From Eledone cirrhosa (taxonomy: Eukaryota): a DNA stretch of 64,000 nt. The notes below the pieces were generated by a model that worked only from the letters and a program-made list of their open reading frames with translations, made no database searches and was not told the DNA's origin. The stretch is from positions 12,152,001 through 12,216,000 of the forward strand of contig OZ024743.1 of NCBI GenBank assembly GCA_964016885.1. Direction: 5' to 3'. Positions 15,444-33,578 of the stretch are shown in pieces. How positions within the stretch are numbered: the first letter of the stretch is position 1; each line of letters begins with the position of its first letter. A program made the translations under genes and the position numbers.

Positions 15444-15917
15444 TAAAGTTTTATCTGTATACGTACAGAGTGGGTAACCGGGACTGCGCCAATATGTATA
15501 TAAATATATTCATATTTAACACTCAGGCATGCAAACATGCCAGAAATGCGAATCTCCATGAAATTTGAAAACAATTTATAAACACTTTTCATTGATTTTC
15601 AGACCTGGTTGGGTCCTCATCAGAAGGCGTGTATATCATCCAAACAACAACAAGGAAACGTGTATTTAATGGGCTTATATATACCCATTCACTCTTAGTA
15701 ATATTCTAAAATGGACGTACTAATTTGTATATGATTAGAGCTGGTGTTAGTCATTAATTAAGATTTGCGCTAGAACCGTGTTATCATGTTTTCAATTTAC
15801 AGGGAAATTTGTATTTTCTGGCATGTTTACGTGCTTACATATTAAATATGTGCATATTTATATACACAATGGTGTAGTCTTTGATACCCACTCTGTATGT
15901 AGACAGATATAACTTTA
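15444..15917 (-). mobile_element. Old diverged inverted-repeat element with a hammerhead-like motif in the spacer (15583-15629, minus)
   Basis: Degenerate inverted arms 15444-15573 / 15787-15917. Minus strand reads CTGATGA-ggacc(caacca)ggtct-GAAA. Confidence 0.55.
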
Positions 15918-16359
15918 TCATACACTCTGGCTGCTTGGAGGACTTCTTAACCCTCTTAATACATACATATTGTTATATTTTGGGAGATTCATGCCGCCAG
16001 TAGAAACACACGCACCAAATCAGTTTCACTTCGATTTTAATCAGGTGATTGGTTTCAAAACCCGCCGAGGTCAGCGTTTTCTTTCATCCTTTAAGGATCT
16101 ATAAGATATAAAACCAGTCAAGTACTGGTGCATATTTTGTCTAATTTACCCCCACCACAAAAAAGATTTCTGGCGTTATACCTAAAGTAAAAATTGTTAT
16201 ATGTCATGTAAGCAGTCCATTCCATGTTTAGTTTAGTAACTGATGGGTGGTTTTAATGGTCATATTTGATAGTCTAGCTCTTTTATCAGATTCTTTGATC
16301 TTCTCAATGACATTTCTCTGTCTCCTCTTCGTTTAGATTTTTTTTTTGTTATATTAACT

Positions 16360-16400
<41 letters not shown>

Positions 16401-16864
16401 ACCTGTACTGATCATCAAGTTGTCTTTCAGACTACTGATTTATCCTACCTTTATATATCACTATCGATGTTATCTGTGTGTTTAAATCTATATCTACGAA
16501 ACAGTGATGCTAAATATATAAGGAATATTAGAAATATATAATGGATTTTATGCATCAGGTGTTTACTAATACTTAGGCTTTATGTCAATGACAATAATTT
16601 CACTCGTGGTAAAGGGATAGGCGGTGATTTGGTAGCGTCGTTAGCACGTCGAATAGAATTGTTTACGCTTTGCACTCTGAGTTCAAAACCCGCTGTGGTC
16701 ATCTTTGCCTTTCATTCTTTCGAGGTCGATAAAAAATGTGCCATTCCAGTAATGGAGTCGATTCTTTCTCCACATTGTTTTCTAACTGCCCTTCTATCAC
16801 CCTTTCTCTCCTTCTTTAGAAGAAATCATGTGTGTTTCGACCCGGAGAGATGGACGATTCTATA

Positions 16865-17994
16865 ACTTACGGGTCCACACATGCAAATAACGGCATAGGG
16901 AGAATGTAAATGAATGACATTGTGAAAGAAAGATGTCTGACTAATATGTTTCATTTCCTTTCAGGTTTTGCCAAATTTATCTTTATTGAAGCTGTTGTAT
17001 AAGCGTCATGTTCATTCCAAGTAAAGAACGCATTCGTCATGTTATTATTTACGTACTTCAGAAACGTAATGGTGCTAGTGCAGCAGAAAAATCACCCCAA
17101 CAATATTTATGGCTATGGCGTAGTGAGTGAAAAAACATTTAAGATATGGTTTTCACGATTCAGAAAAGGGGACTACACTTGCATGATGAATCAAGAGAAG
17201 GTCATCCAACAGGGCTAGATTCTGATGCATTAGAAGCTGCTGTTGGCGCAAACATGGCGGTTATAGTTCGGGAACTAAGCACAGACTTCATTCATCGTGA
17301 ATTGAAAAGGCTCGGTAAAATGTAAAAGTTTGGAAAATGGGTTCTGTCTGATCTCTCTGCAGACAATCGCAAATAACATGTTGACTGTTGTACATCATTA
17401 CGTTCTCGTTAGCTGCAAATACCTTTTTTGAACAGAATCATTAGTGGGGATGAAAAATGAATAGTTATGATAATATTAAGCGAACACGTCAGTGTCCCAG
17501 TTGTGCTGAAGAGCCAGCTCAGTAACCTAGAAGTGGCCTGCATCCATGGAAGGTTCTTCTGAATATGTGGTGAGATATGCGTGGAATAATTCATCATGAA
17601 CTGCTAGGCGATAACCAAACTATAACAACCGAATTCTATTGCAACGAAAACACCCATTATTAACAAACAAAGGTGTCATCCTTAATCATGGTAATGTTAG
17701 AACACGTACTGCACAAAAGACCAAAGATCTTGAAAAATATGCTTGGGAAATTATACTTCATCCACCATATTCCCCAGGCCTCACACCAATAGATTACTAT
17801 CATTTTAGAAGTTTTCAAGATCATTTAAGCGGATTAAAGGTTTACTTCAAGAGATGTTTAAAACCTAAAGGACTTTATAAACGTGGCATTAAAAAGCTTA
17901 TTGACATATAGAAGAATGGAGACTACGTTAACGATTAAATAAAACGGATATTGCTTTTTGATATTGTTCCATTGAGCTTTAAAATATGGACAGA

Positions 17995-17996
<2 letters not shown>
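16865..17996 (+). pseudogene. Mariner transposase relic
   Basis: Broken frames give GKWV (WVPHEL region), RIISGDEK, HGNVRT (HDNARPH) and HPPYSPGLTPIDYYHF (YSPDLAP.D). Ends are approximate. Confidence 0.88.
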
Positions 17997-18047
<51 letters not shown>

Positions 18048-18082
18048 GAAACACACAGATACATGCGGACACACATATATAC

Positions 18083-18754
18083 ATGAATGCATCCGCACCC
18101 AACTGTGAGTTAAGGGTGCCAACTTCACCGATGTTGCTCAATGAATGACTGGGACAGACCAATTCAGTTTGAACCAGACTGAACCAGTATCAGAGTTAAA
18201 AATACATTATGAAGAGAGAAGAAACATTTAGATATAATTAGTAATAAAATGTATCATACCTAAACTGTTCCTAAATTCCTCGACTACGTAGTTTCGTGGC
18301 ATAAACCAAAACAATATATCAAAGATATAGAGTCCTTGCGAGGTCTGCCGACTTATCAAGAGGATACCTCATTTTACTAGTCTCAAGAACGCGTCTACAC
18401 GACGTGAGAAAGAATCCCAAAAGGCGGAGGGGGAGATAGTCACGCGATATAACGGTCGAGAAACAGAGCTAAGCCTCTTATAACCACGAAGAAAATACCA
18501 CGGAAGCGGAGGGGGTATTCATATCGAGGCCGTAGAAGAGGTAGTGAAGAAGGCGAGAAGTATGAGTAATGGAAGTTCTTGAGACTAGTAAAATGAGGTA
18601 TCCTCTTGATAAGTCGGCAGACCTCGCAAGGACTCTATATCTTTGATATATTGTTTTTGTTTATGCCACGAAACTACGTAGTCGAGGAATTTAGGAACAG
18701 TTTAGGTATGATACATTTTATTACTAATTATATCTAAATGTTTCTTCTCTCTTC

Positions 18755-18759
<5 letters not shown>
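18083..18759 (-). mobile_element. Fold-back hammerhead element, family C (arms 18206-18390 / 18575-18759, 184-bp spacer, left tail)
   Basis: 185-bp inverted arms with one visible mismatch; HHR in each arm. Confidence 0.8.
18601..18688 (+). ncRNA. Hammerhead ribozyme, U3-A8 variant with long stem II (mirror copy 18277-18364 on minus)
   Basis: tcctc-TTGATAA-gtcggca...tgccac-GAAA-ctacgtag-TC-gagga; palindromic stem III ACTACGTAGT; GUC cleavage triplet. Confidence 0.75.
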
Positions 18760-18818
<59 letters not shown>

Positions 18819-18819
<1 letters not shown>

Positions 18820-19559
18820 GAGGTTTGTTCCAAACATAAATGTACTGATTTTCCTTTGTACGTCATGGTAACGCGGCACCTCATTGGTTTGCTCGAAAGA
18901 TTCGAAATTGAGCCAAATTTCTTGGATAAAGTAATAACTGGAGATATATGATATAGAGACAAAGGGGTAAAGTGGGGAGTGGCACACAAAAACTTCTCCT
19001 CATTCGCAGAAAGCATGCATGAGCAGATCCGGGTTGAAAATAATCATCATTTTTTCGACAGCCGTGGTAGTGTTCAAAAATAATTTTCATCTCAATGATA
19101 AGCAGTTAATTTCATCGCCTACAAAGATGTCTTCAGACGAGTTTGAAACGTTCCCAGACAATCGAAAGGATATTGCAGTGGATTGAATACTGCACCGCGA
19201 TAACGCGCCTGCATACACATCACATTCAATTAGAGACTTTCTGGGGGAAGAAAAGCATTCCCACTCTTTCACATCCTCTCTACAGCACAGATTTAGTTTT
19301 CTGTGATTTCTACCTCTACCCTGAAGTTGAAGAATCATCATTTTGGGACTGTGGAAAGCATACAGAAAATTGTAACCGTTGAGCCATGGTCATTCATAGA
19401 AGATGATTTCTGGTACTGCTACGATCAATGGAAAAAACGTTGGAACTACTGTGTGATTTCCTAAGTATCGTATTTTTAAAGAGATTACTTGAAATTCCAT
19501 GTTCGTCTAATATACGTTTAAATAAAACATCACTACTCTTACATTTGGGCCAAACCTCA
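18819..19559 (+). mobile_element. Internally deleted mariner element
   Basis: Degenerate TIRs (cgaggtttgttccaaa / tttgggccaaacctca) flanked by TA. Internal HPLYSTDLVFCDFYLYP corresponds to HPPYSPDLAPCDF. Confidence 0.82.
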
Positions 19560-19629
19560 TACCCCCCCCCCCAACACATATATATATACTACTAAATGTA
19601 GATTAAAGATGCCATTATATATATATATA

Positions 19630-19711
<82 letters not shown>

Positions 19712-20074
19712 CCGCCTTCAAAGAACTACTGAATCATATCGATTCCAGTACTTATTTTAGTCTTTTACTTATTTGATTGATCTCCTTTTGTAGAATCACG
19801 AAATTACTGGACATAAATAGCACCGGTTTGTAGACAGATAAAAACACAAACACAGGCATGGTAAACACCCATATATACGCATGCAGTTAAACTCACACAA
19901 AGAAAATACTCAGCTATATGTGTGTGGAGATCGACATAAGACAAATAGTAACCAAATGCATGTAGTAAAGTTTATTCATGAGAAGCTGATGATACACCTA
20001 GTCTCCTTCAGAGTTTATCGTTAGGTCCCATCAATTAAGGTGACAAAAAGTTGAATCTGTGGGCGTGATTGTAC

Positions 20075-20971
20075 GTGTGTGGGTGGTTGTGGGTTTACAA
20101 TGCATGTATATGTGGATATTTGTGTGGTTGTGGGTTTATAATACATGTATATGTGGATATGTGGGTGGTTGTGGGTTTATAATGCATGTATATGTGGGTA
20201 TATGGGTGGTTGTGTGTTTATAATACATGTATATGTGGGTATTTGTGTGGTTGTGGGTTTATAATACATGTATATGTGGGTATATGGGTGGTTGTGGGTT
20301 TATAATACATGTATATGTGGGTATATGGGTGGTTGTGTGTTTATAATACATGTATATGTGGGTATATGGGTGGTTGTGGGTTTATAATGCATGTATATGT
20401 GGGTATATGGGTGGTTGTGTGTTTATAATACATGTATATGTGGGTATATGGGTGGTTGTGTGTTTATAATACATGTATATGTGGGTATATGGGTGGTTGT
20501 GTGTATATGTGGGTATATGGGTGGTTGTGGGTTTATAATACATGTATATGTGGGTATTTGTGTGGTTGTGTGTTTATAATACATGTATATGTGGGTATAT
20601 GGGTGGTTGTGTGTATATGTGGGTATATGGGTGGGTGTGGGTTTATAATACATGTATATGTGGGTATATGGGTGGTTGTGTGTATATAATACATGTATAT
20701 GTGGATATATTGGTGGTTGTGTGTTTATAATACATGTATATGTGGATATGTGGGTGGTTGTGGGTTTATAATACATGTATATGTGGGTATATGGGTGGGT
20801 GTGGGTTTATAATATATGTATATGTGGATATGTGGGTGGTTGTGTGTTTATAATATATGTATATGTGGGTATATGGGTGGTTGTGTGTTTATAATATATG
20901 TATATGTGGGTATTTGGGTGCTTGTGTGTTTATAATATATGTATATGTGGGTATTTGGGTGGTTGTGTGTT
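20075..20971. repeat. ~40-bp GT-rich minisatellite (tataatacatgtatatgtgggtatatgggtggttgtgtgtt)n, about 22 copies
   Basis: Directly visible tandem units, a few of them shortened. Confidence 0.95.
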
Positions 20972-21290
20972 CAAGTGAAGCAAGAAAAGTACGTTAAATT
21001 ATTTCATGAAGCGATCGAATGGGAGTGACAAGAATTTTTATGAAGTTGTAAAAATAGAATAATTTCGAAATATCCTTGCATACACATAAATCGATTCTTA
21101 AATGAACAGTCAAAGCAAGGCAGTCTTTGAAAGGTGCAATAATTTATTTGAAATACGTGACTGGGTATATAACGACAGCTGATTAATAATGACGTATCAC
21201 CAAACGTTCTTAACCGCGTGTATATGTGTATCTTTTCAATGGTGTATAAATATATATATATATGTGTGTGTTATATGAGTGAGGGAAAGA

Positions 21291-21330
<40 letters not shown>

Positions 21331-21589
21331 TAGTGATAGAGTAAGATTGAAAAAAGAGAACTGCATAGATGACTCGAAGCAAAATGTCCTTTGGCCAAAC
21401 AAAAGACATCGCATTAAACATTAACGTATTGAAAATAATACAGTTATGATACTTTACAATTTAGTCTCAACAGAATCATACACCCAAATCAATATGGAGT
21501 CTAATAAATATATTTTTTGAACTACTGTTTAAAGTATATTAAAAGACAAATACTTTTACATACATGTCAAAATCCGGTACAGTCGTTGC

Positions 21590-22759
<1,170 letters not shown>

Positions 22760-23322
22760 TTTAGTAAGTAAGTTAATTTTATAATTTTCTTATCTTACGT
22801 CTCTTATATTATTGTTCTGCAACCCCATGCATTGAACCACAATGTTATTAAGACAAAACCTATATATTTGCTAGCATCGATATGCATTTGTATGTATATA
22901 TATGTTACTAGATATAAATTCTTTATTATTATCTCCAAAATATTTGTCGAGCAATACTGGCCATGACTGCTGCTACGGTAGTAGGCTGGCCGCTGTCTTA
23001 TTAACAACCCACTTTCCACCGATTGACCTCGATGTCACGTGTTCGATTCTTTTTGAATTTGCCACAGACACAGAGGCAGAGATTTTCTCAATGGCTAGGA
23101 AGTAAGTCCACGCTTTGCTACTTCCTATTCACTGATTTATTTTTAATAAGCTTCCAGTGTCCTCGCTTTGCCTGGAACTTATATGAGAATTGACTTTCCG
23201 GATGACGGGATGTTTCTCAACACCTTCTTCGGAAGATGTATCTACTCCATTCCAGAAACTAATTAGTTGGAAGTGATATTTTAGTAAGTAAGTTAATTTT
23301 ATAATTTTCTTATCTTACGTGT

Positions 23323-23431
<109 letters not shown>

Positions 23432-23437
23432 TTGTAT

Positions 23438-24022
23438 ATGTCAGGTCACCAGTTGGTGCTACTGGTAACATGTATCCCAGTACAACCTGTCTCATGGTCG
23501 AGTCGTTGGCGACTAACTGGAAACCCCACCAAGGTTTCTTGGCGAGGAGGGTGACTTTGGACATCCTGCAGGACTGAAAACAAAACCTGTCAAAGGGCAA
23601 AGGAGCTCTTAAGAATCAATGGACATCCAAAATCACCGGGAGAGATCACCCCTTAGCCTTTGTCAAGGCAGAATTCTAGGAGAAGGAAAACTCCTATATA
23701 ACACCTGCAACCCTGATGGTATCCAATGATGTAGACTTGTTCTTCTTTTTGGTAAATATCATCTTGGTTAAGAGAGTGGGACTGGCTTTGTGCAGTGCCT
23801 TTGCTCACTATAAAAGCGTCACGGAACAGGCATTGCTTTGTCGTCACATGGTACCATGGGCCCAGCACTATGTGTCAATAATTGTCACAAGTGTAGTGTT
23901 TGTACCAGAGTTTTCAAGTCGCTGGCTGGACTAAAAAGTCACACTCTTTCAGCGCATCGGTAGGGGTTCTCCTACATGGATATAAAGTAGTGGCCATACT
24001 CGAAAACGAGTTGGCAGCCACC
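23438..24022. mobile_element. Probable LINE 5'-region fragments (RTE-like?), possibly two pieces in opposite orientation
   Basis: GC-richer block between microsatellites. Its minus end (ggtggctgccaactcgttttcgagtatggcca) recurs at 39892-39925. The family call is weak. Confidence 0.3.
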
Positions 24023-24081
<59 letters not shown>

Positions 24082-24150
24082 TGTAAAAGGTAAACAGAAC
24101 TAACAACACAATCGGTACAGTATGTGGAAGGGATATATTAGGTTAACGCT

Positions 24151-24267
<117 letters not shown>

Positions 24268-24595
24268 CCTGTGTATGTGTGTGTCTAACATTATTTTATA
24301 TAGAAATTTGAACTCATACCGTTGCGTCCCTTTACGGTATGAGTTCAAATCCCGTTGAGGTTAACTTTGCTTTCATCCTTACGGGATCGATAAAATAAAG
24401 TACCAGTAATGCACTGGGTAATTGCTGGCCTTGTGCCAAAAAGTAGAAACAATTATTTTATATTGAAATTATTTCTACAGGACTAGAACTGTCTCATTCC
24501 TGTAGAAATCATTTCTATATAAAAAATGTTTAAACGTATTGAGTACCATTTTTAACTGTGGTCATTTCCCAATACCCATCGGGAATCCATTCATA

Positions 24596-24689
<94 letters not shown>

Positions 24690-24693
<4 letters not shown>

Positions 24694-24850
24694 GTGAAGC
24701 CATGATCGATTATTACTGATCATCAGGTGATTTTCACCTGATGAGATCATTCATAATCGATCAAGGCTTCATGATCGATCTATCTCTTATTGAAACATGT
24801 GTCGTGATTAAATGATTGGAATTTTACCTTGCCTTCGAATTTTCATTTTG
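24690..24850 (+). mobile_element. Short fold-back element with hammerhead motif (24734-24807)
   Basis: Imperfect palindrome centred on catcaggtga-tt-ttcacctgatg. Motif reads tcac-CTGATGA...GAAA-catgtg-TC-gtga. Confidence 0.55.
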
Positions 24851-24868
24851 ATATATATATATATATAT

Positions 24869-27949
<3,081 letters not shown>

Positions 27950-28693
27950 AACCATCAATGAACGTTGTATAATGCATTTTCAAAGACTCTTATCTTTCTC
28001 AGCGGCACTGCCATGCCCTTTGAAGGATAAAATACAATATGTGTCCTCGCTGGGTTTATTTATTTATTTATTTATTTATTTTGCAGCATCTTAAACGACA
28101 GTCTGATTTCGCCGTGAAAATGTACGTCTACTACATACTATCAGCGGTGATCCCGATATTTAAAACCAAATTATATAAATTTAAAAATCAAAATTTTATA
28201 ATCAAAGTAGTGTACATATGCACGTAAAGCTCTTTCAAACTGTCTCTCATAAAAATGAATGAGTTATATTAAAATCGGATTTATTATTTGCATTCATATT
28301 TATATCTTTGGTATGCATTACATGCTTTACATTCAGAGACGAAATGCCACTAGTGTGCTACGTACTCAAAATAGAATTTAATTCAGCAACCATTATTTCA
28401 AGCAGAATTGCAAAGCTTTTAGTCACTACGGTACAGACAGTTAGTATCAATATTTGCCAATTAATCTAAGAGTTATTTGAATTCATTACTATTCGTAAAA
28501 GCTGTATTCAAAACTGAACTCTGTTTTGAGCTTACTGATTTAGTCCTCAATTCATACAATATTTACTGCTGCTTATAGGTTGTTCTTTTTAATGACGACT
28601 AACTTAAAGCACAAGTCATGTATTGAGTTCAATTTAAATCGACTAATTCAATCACCCACAAAATATTTGGCCTTAAGTCTATGTTAGAAACCA

Positions 28694-30640
28694 TGGCAGT
28701 ATCGGTAGAGGTCGGACGCCATGCTTTGACGCAAAGAGTTACGGCCTTTTCCATTATGAGTTCAAATCCCGCCGAGGTTAACTTTGCCTTTCATCCTTAC
28801 GGCGTCGATAAAATAAAGTACCAGTAATACACTGGGTAATTGCTGGCCTTGTGCCAAAAGTAGAAACAATTATTATTGATGAAAGGCAAAGTTAACCTGC
28901 CGAGGTTAGCTTTGCCTTTCATCCTTACGGGGCCGATAAAATAAAGTACCAGTAATGAACTGGGGTCGATTTAATTGACTTTCCCCTTCCCCCAAATTGC
29001 TGGCCTTGTGTCTAAAAGTAGAAACAATTGTTATTATTGTTATTATTATTAGAGTAGGGTGTTGAATTGGGTTGTTAGAGCCTTGAACAAAATGTCTTTC
29101 AGCATTTATATAGGCTCTTTACATTCTGGGTTCAAACATGTGATGTCCAACTTTGCATTTCCTGTTTCTGAGGTCGATAAAATAAAGCATCATTTAAGTA
29201 CTGGATCGTTTTAATTGACTAAATTCTGCCCACAAATTCCAGTCTTTTACTTAAGTTAGAAATATATATTTCTAATATTGGAATAAGGCCAATAATTTGG
29301 AGAAAAGGGAAAGTTGATTGTTTGGCATCATTACTTAACTGGTACTATATTTTATCGATCCCAGAAGAATGAAAGCAATGCTGACCTCGACAGGATTTCA
29401 ACTTAAAACGTAGAAATTCGTAATTAAATACCGCAAATCATTTTGTCTGATGCTCTCCTTATACTGTCAATCCACCCTCTCTAATTTAGAAATAATAGTT
29501 TTTATTGGCAACGTCAGAATTGGTAGAACTCCGGGGAAAATGTCATGTGGTATTTAGTAACATTACTTTTCTTTGTGTGTTCAAATCCCTCCGAAGTTAC
29601 TTTTCTATTTCATCCTTTCAGTGGTCAGGTACTGAGGTTGATTTAATTGATTTTTGTCTCCTCTTTCCCGTCACAAACAAGTGTAGCCCTATGTCTGTGC
29701 TGGAAATCCATATTACTATATAATACACAAACTCATCAAGCCTTAATTACATCTATCTAGCAATCTAGCAAAAGAGTTTCTATGACGTGCTAGAAATTAT
29801 GCATTACCACCTTTAAAAAGGAAGAACACGTTTGATAGTTGTATACAAAGAGATGGAATGTTCATAGCTGGAATATTTTCTCTCATAGATCTATTGGATC
29901 AAGGTGACCTGAAGCTAAATAAAAGCAAAAACTACAGCAAATGTATAGAGTATTTATTGTATATTTTGCATTGGTTTCTTCCACGTGAAGAGATATCACG
30001 TAATCCATGATTCCCAAAGCAACTTCTCTCGAATATCAATTTACTGTCTAAATAATTTCTTTTATTAAAAAAAAAGCACCCAAAAGGTTTGAGGTACAAA
30101 AACAACAATAAAAACAAACTAATAGAAATAATAAAATTTTATGCGAAACTAATTACTTTGTATTCTTATTTGTTATTGTTGTTTGCTGTTCCAGAATCCT
30201 TTTGAATATTATTATTCCACTTGGGTGATGGATTGCCAGAATCATTAGAGCCTCGAAAAAATGCTTTGCAGCATTTAGTTACCACTATTTATACTCTGAA
30301 TTCAAATCCCCCCTATGTTCATTTTACCTTTCATCCTTCCGGGCTCGATAAAATAAAGTACCAGTCACGTACTGGGATCGATATTATCATTTTCACTTCC
30401 CTCAAAATTGCTGGCCTTATGCTAATGCTAGAAAGAATTATTACTCTTTTAGGATAGTGGATTAGCAGAATTGGTAGAGCGTTGGATAAAATGCTTTAGC
30501 AGTATTTGTTCTGGCTCTTTTCAGTTCAAATTATGCCAATGTCAACTTTATCTTTCATCCTTCCGAGGTCGATAAAATAAAGTACCAATAAAGGTGATTT
30601 AATCAACTTTGCCCTTCCCCAAAATTTGCTGGCATTTTGA
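28694..30640. mobile_element. Cluster of tRNA-derived SINE family 1 copies in both orientations
   Basis: Repeated A box/B box heads plus ctttgcctttcatcctt...gtcgataaaataaagtaccag core. Confidence 0.8.
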
Positions 30641-31891
30641 CTACATTGGATTGCATTTACATAACAGAAATGACAGACAGATCTACCTAGTCAATCGGAT
30701 ATAAAGCACTTATTTTGGTAGTATTTTTGAGTTATATATACTGCAATGCATTGTTTATGGACGAATTTTTGGCTGAGTAGTTACGAAGTTTGTTTTATAA
30801 TCGTGGGGTGCCGGGTTATTAATAAATAGCATCATATGTTTGCTCGATCCTGATTGACCTGCAGCTAAATATCAATAACATGGTCCGTTATAGTGAAAAT
30901 GCAAAGATAATTTTAGTTTACTGAAATTCAAGCTTTCACACACCAAACACTTCAATTTACTAGGAAATTGAATCTATCTATTTACATACCTAACTTACAC
31001 TCCTCTTTCACTCTGTTACCTTCTCCTATATTATACATATGTTACCTTTACCTTTCATCCTTACGGTATCGATAAAATAAAGTACCAGTAATGCACTGTA
31101 GTCTGTTTAATCAACTTTCCTCTCCACAAAAATTGTTGGTCAAATGTCTAAATCAGAAACTATTATTAAACAAAGCATTGGAATGTGTTCCCATTGCTTT
31201 GTTTAAATCTATCAAACCTGAATATAACACTGCCAATGAAAGACACTCTTGTCACTTTTGCAGTGTTTTCAAAGCTTACATCAATGAACTACACTACTCT
31301 GTTGCCTATGTAGTATAAAAAAATATGTATTTAGTCTCGATGTGAAAAATAGGCCCACAAGAATAATTAGAATTTGGTGAATTCAGACGTTCAGAATTTT
31401 GGGGTATAACACGATGGCTGTGACGGATATGAACTTCTCTCCTTTCAGTGGATTAAGTACATTATCGATGCAGACATTACTGCATAGTTTAGAACTTTGT
31501 TTCTCTATCACTACGGCCCAGGTGTGATCCCATTGCTATCAATATAAATCACTAATTCTGGATCTCCCTTCTCTTTCTCCCGACATTGACATTGTAAACC
31601 TTACATGATGTTTTCTTCCTTTAAAAAAGCAAACTAGGTAGTGCTCGGTTTTCTAATATCCACAAATGTAATCACACCTACTATATTACACTTTCCAAAT
31701 CCTACTTTATACACCTACTTGTCAGAACTATAACTTTCTAGAACTCTCCTCCGGTCACGTTTTCCCAACAGTCATAGCTACCAATCTTCATATTCAAGCA
31801 AATGTCAGTTACGTGGAATATATCAGATTGGAATCAGAACACAGCATCACGAACACAACTTGCCTAGAGCTAATCACAACTATACACCATT

Positions 31892-32049
<158 letters not shown>

Positions 32050-32159
32050 CATATATATATTGGTAAACTGAATAGAAAATGCTGACAAATTGTCAACAGT
32101 GAAAGATAGTTTAATTAGGAATAAGTGAGAATTAGTAATTGTATTGGTTAGTATTCAGT

Positions 32160-32338
32160 TTTGGTTTTAAGTTTATCAGCCTCTTTAATTGTAATGGTTC
32201 TGTCAGTTTTTAATCTATTTAATTCTTCCCATTCTTTCTTGTTGAGGTTTGGCTTGTGTTTTTGTCTGTGCAAGTGTTGGTAAGGGAAGTTTGTGATGTG
32301 TTCACAGAATTCGTCCAGGATTTTATTTCTATATTTTA
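32160..32338 (-). pseudogene. Penelope-like RT N-terminal fragment
   Basis: [28 protein letters not shown] matches the NL...E...L..L..D..I.IK.ADKG motif of PLE ORFs. Confidence 0.78.
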
Positions 32339-32345
32339 TTTCTAC

Positions 32346-32406
<61 letters not shown>

Positions 32407-32409
32407 CAC

Positions 32410-32486
<77 letters not shown>

Positions 32487-32562
32487 CATATATACATATT
32501 TTATATATACATATATATACACATATATATATATACATATATATATATACATATATATACAC

Positions 32563-32595
<33 letters not shown>

Positions 32596-32602
32596 CATAT
32601 AT

Positions 32603-32662
<60 letters not shown>

Positions 32663-32688
32663 TATATATATATACATATATATATACA

Positions 32689-32885
32689 GTTGGAAATTGC
32701 AAACTTGACTGTCACCACACAATATGAAACCTGAAGATTGCGAAAGCATGAAAGTACTTGTTCAATTAACACTTAACATTTAATATTCTACCATACTATT
32801 TCATTCTAATACCATTATAAAATTTTAAAGGATTGTAAATAAAACGAGTAAATCAGACAAAGTTGGAATTCCTTTTATTAATATA
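32689..32885 (+). mobile_element. PLE pseudo-LTR family E copy 1 with hammerhead (32725-32764), inverted relative to the RT fragment
   Basis: gaaac-CTGAAGA-t-tgc(gaaa)gca-t-GAAA-gtac-TT-gttca; highly similar to 38066-38253. Confidence 0.78.
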
Positions 32886-32920
32886 ATCTTCTATACACAA
32901 TCATACACACCCGTGTATAT

Positions 32921-32970
<50 letters not shown>

Positions 32971-33043
32971 TATATATATATATATATATATACTATTCAT
33001 ACATACATACATGCATACATACATACATACATACATACATACA

Positions 33044-33077
<34 letters not shown>

Positions 33078-33089
33078 CATACATACATA

Positions 33090-33578
33090 GAGACAGATGG
33101 CACTAAGGAATACTGGTGGAACCTGAAAATAAAAACTGCCACCAAATTAAAGCACAACCGGCCTGATATTGTAGTTTGGGACCACACATTGAAAACGTGT
33201 TCTGTTGTGGAGATCAGCTGCCCACTTGATGTAAACGTTGTCAGAAAAATACAGGAGAAGGAGGACATCTACGGACCATTGATGAGGAGTTTACAAATCC
33301 AGTATCCAAGATACACCTTTAGCTTCATACCCATCATTATTGGTGCTACGGGTTATATACCAACCCGCTTGGACCAAAGTATGATTGAACTTGGATTTGC
33401 GGACAAAAAGCGCAGCTCCCTAATTCATAGTCTACAAATGGCTGCGATAGCTGGCACCTTCAAAATATGCAAAACAGTCTTGCGATTCAAGAGATGACAA
33501 TTTCTTTTCTTTTACAACCTTGCCACCAGGAAGGTGGCCGGTCAAAAAAATATACTCGAAATTAAGAGAAAGAGAAAA
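33090..33578 (+). mobile_element. 5'-truncated non-LTR retrotransposon with restriction-like endonuclease (R4/Dong-like)
   Basis: HNRPDIVVWD...VVEISCP...EKEDIY...IPIIIGATG is a PD-(D/E)xK RLE motif set. Stop at 33497, short 3' UTR, (CATA)n on both sides. Confidence 0.85.

Noticed and set aside
19984-20015. CTGATGA motif
   Set aside because: No downstream GAAA or stems; likely a chance 7-mer.
23190-23240. Minus-strand CCGAAGA...GAAA motif
   Set aside because: No stem I or NUH site in the right register.
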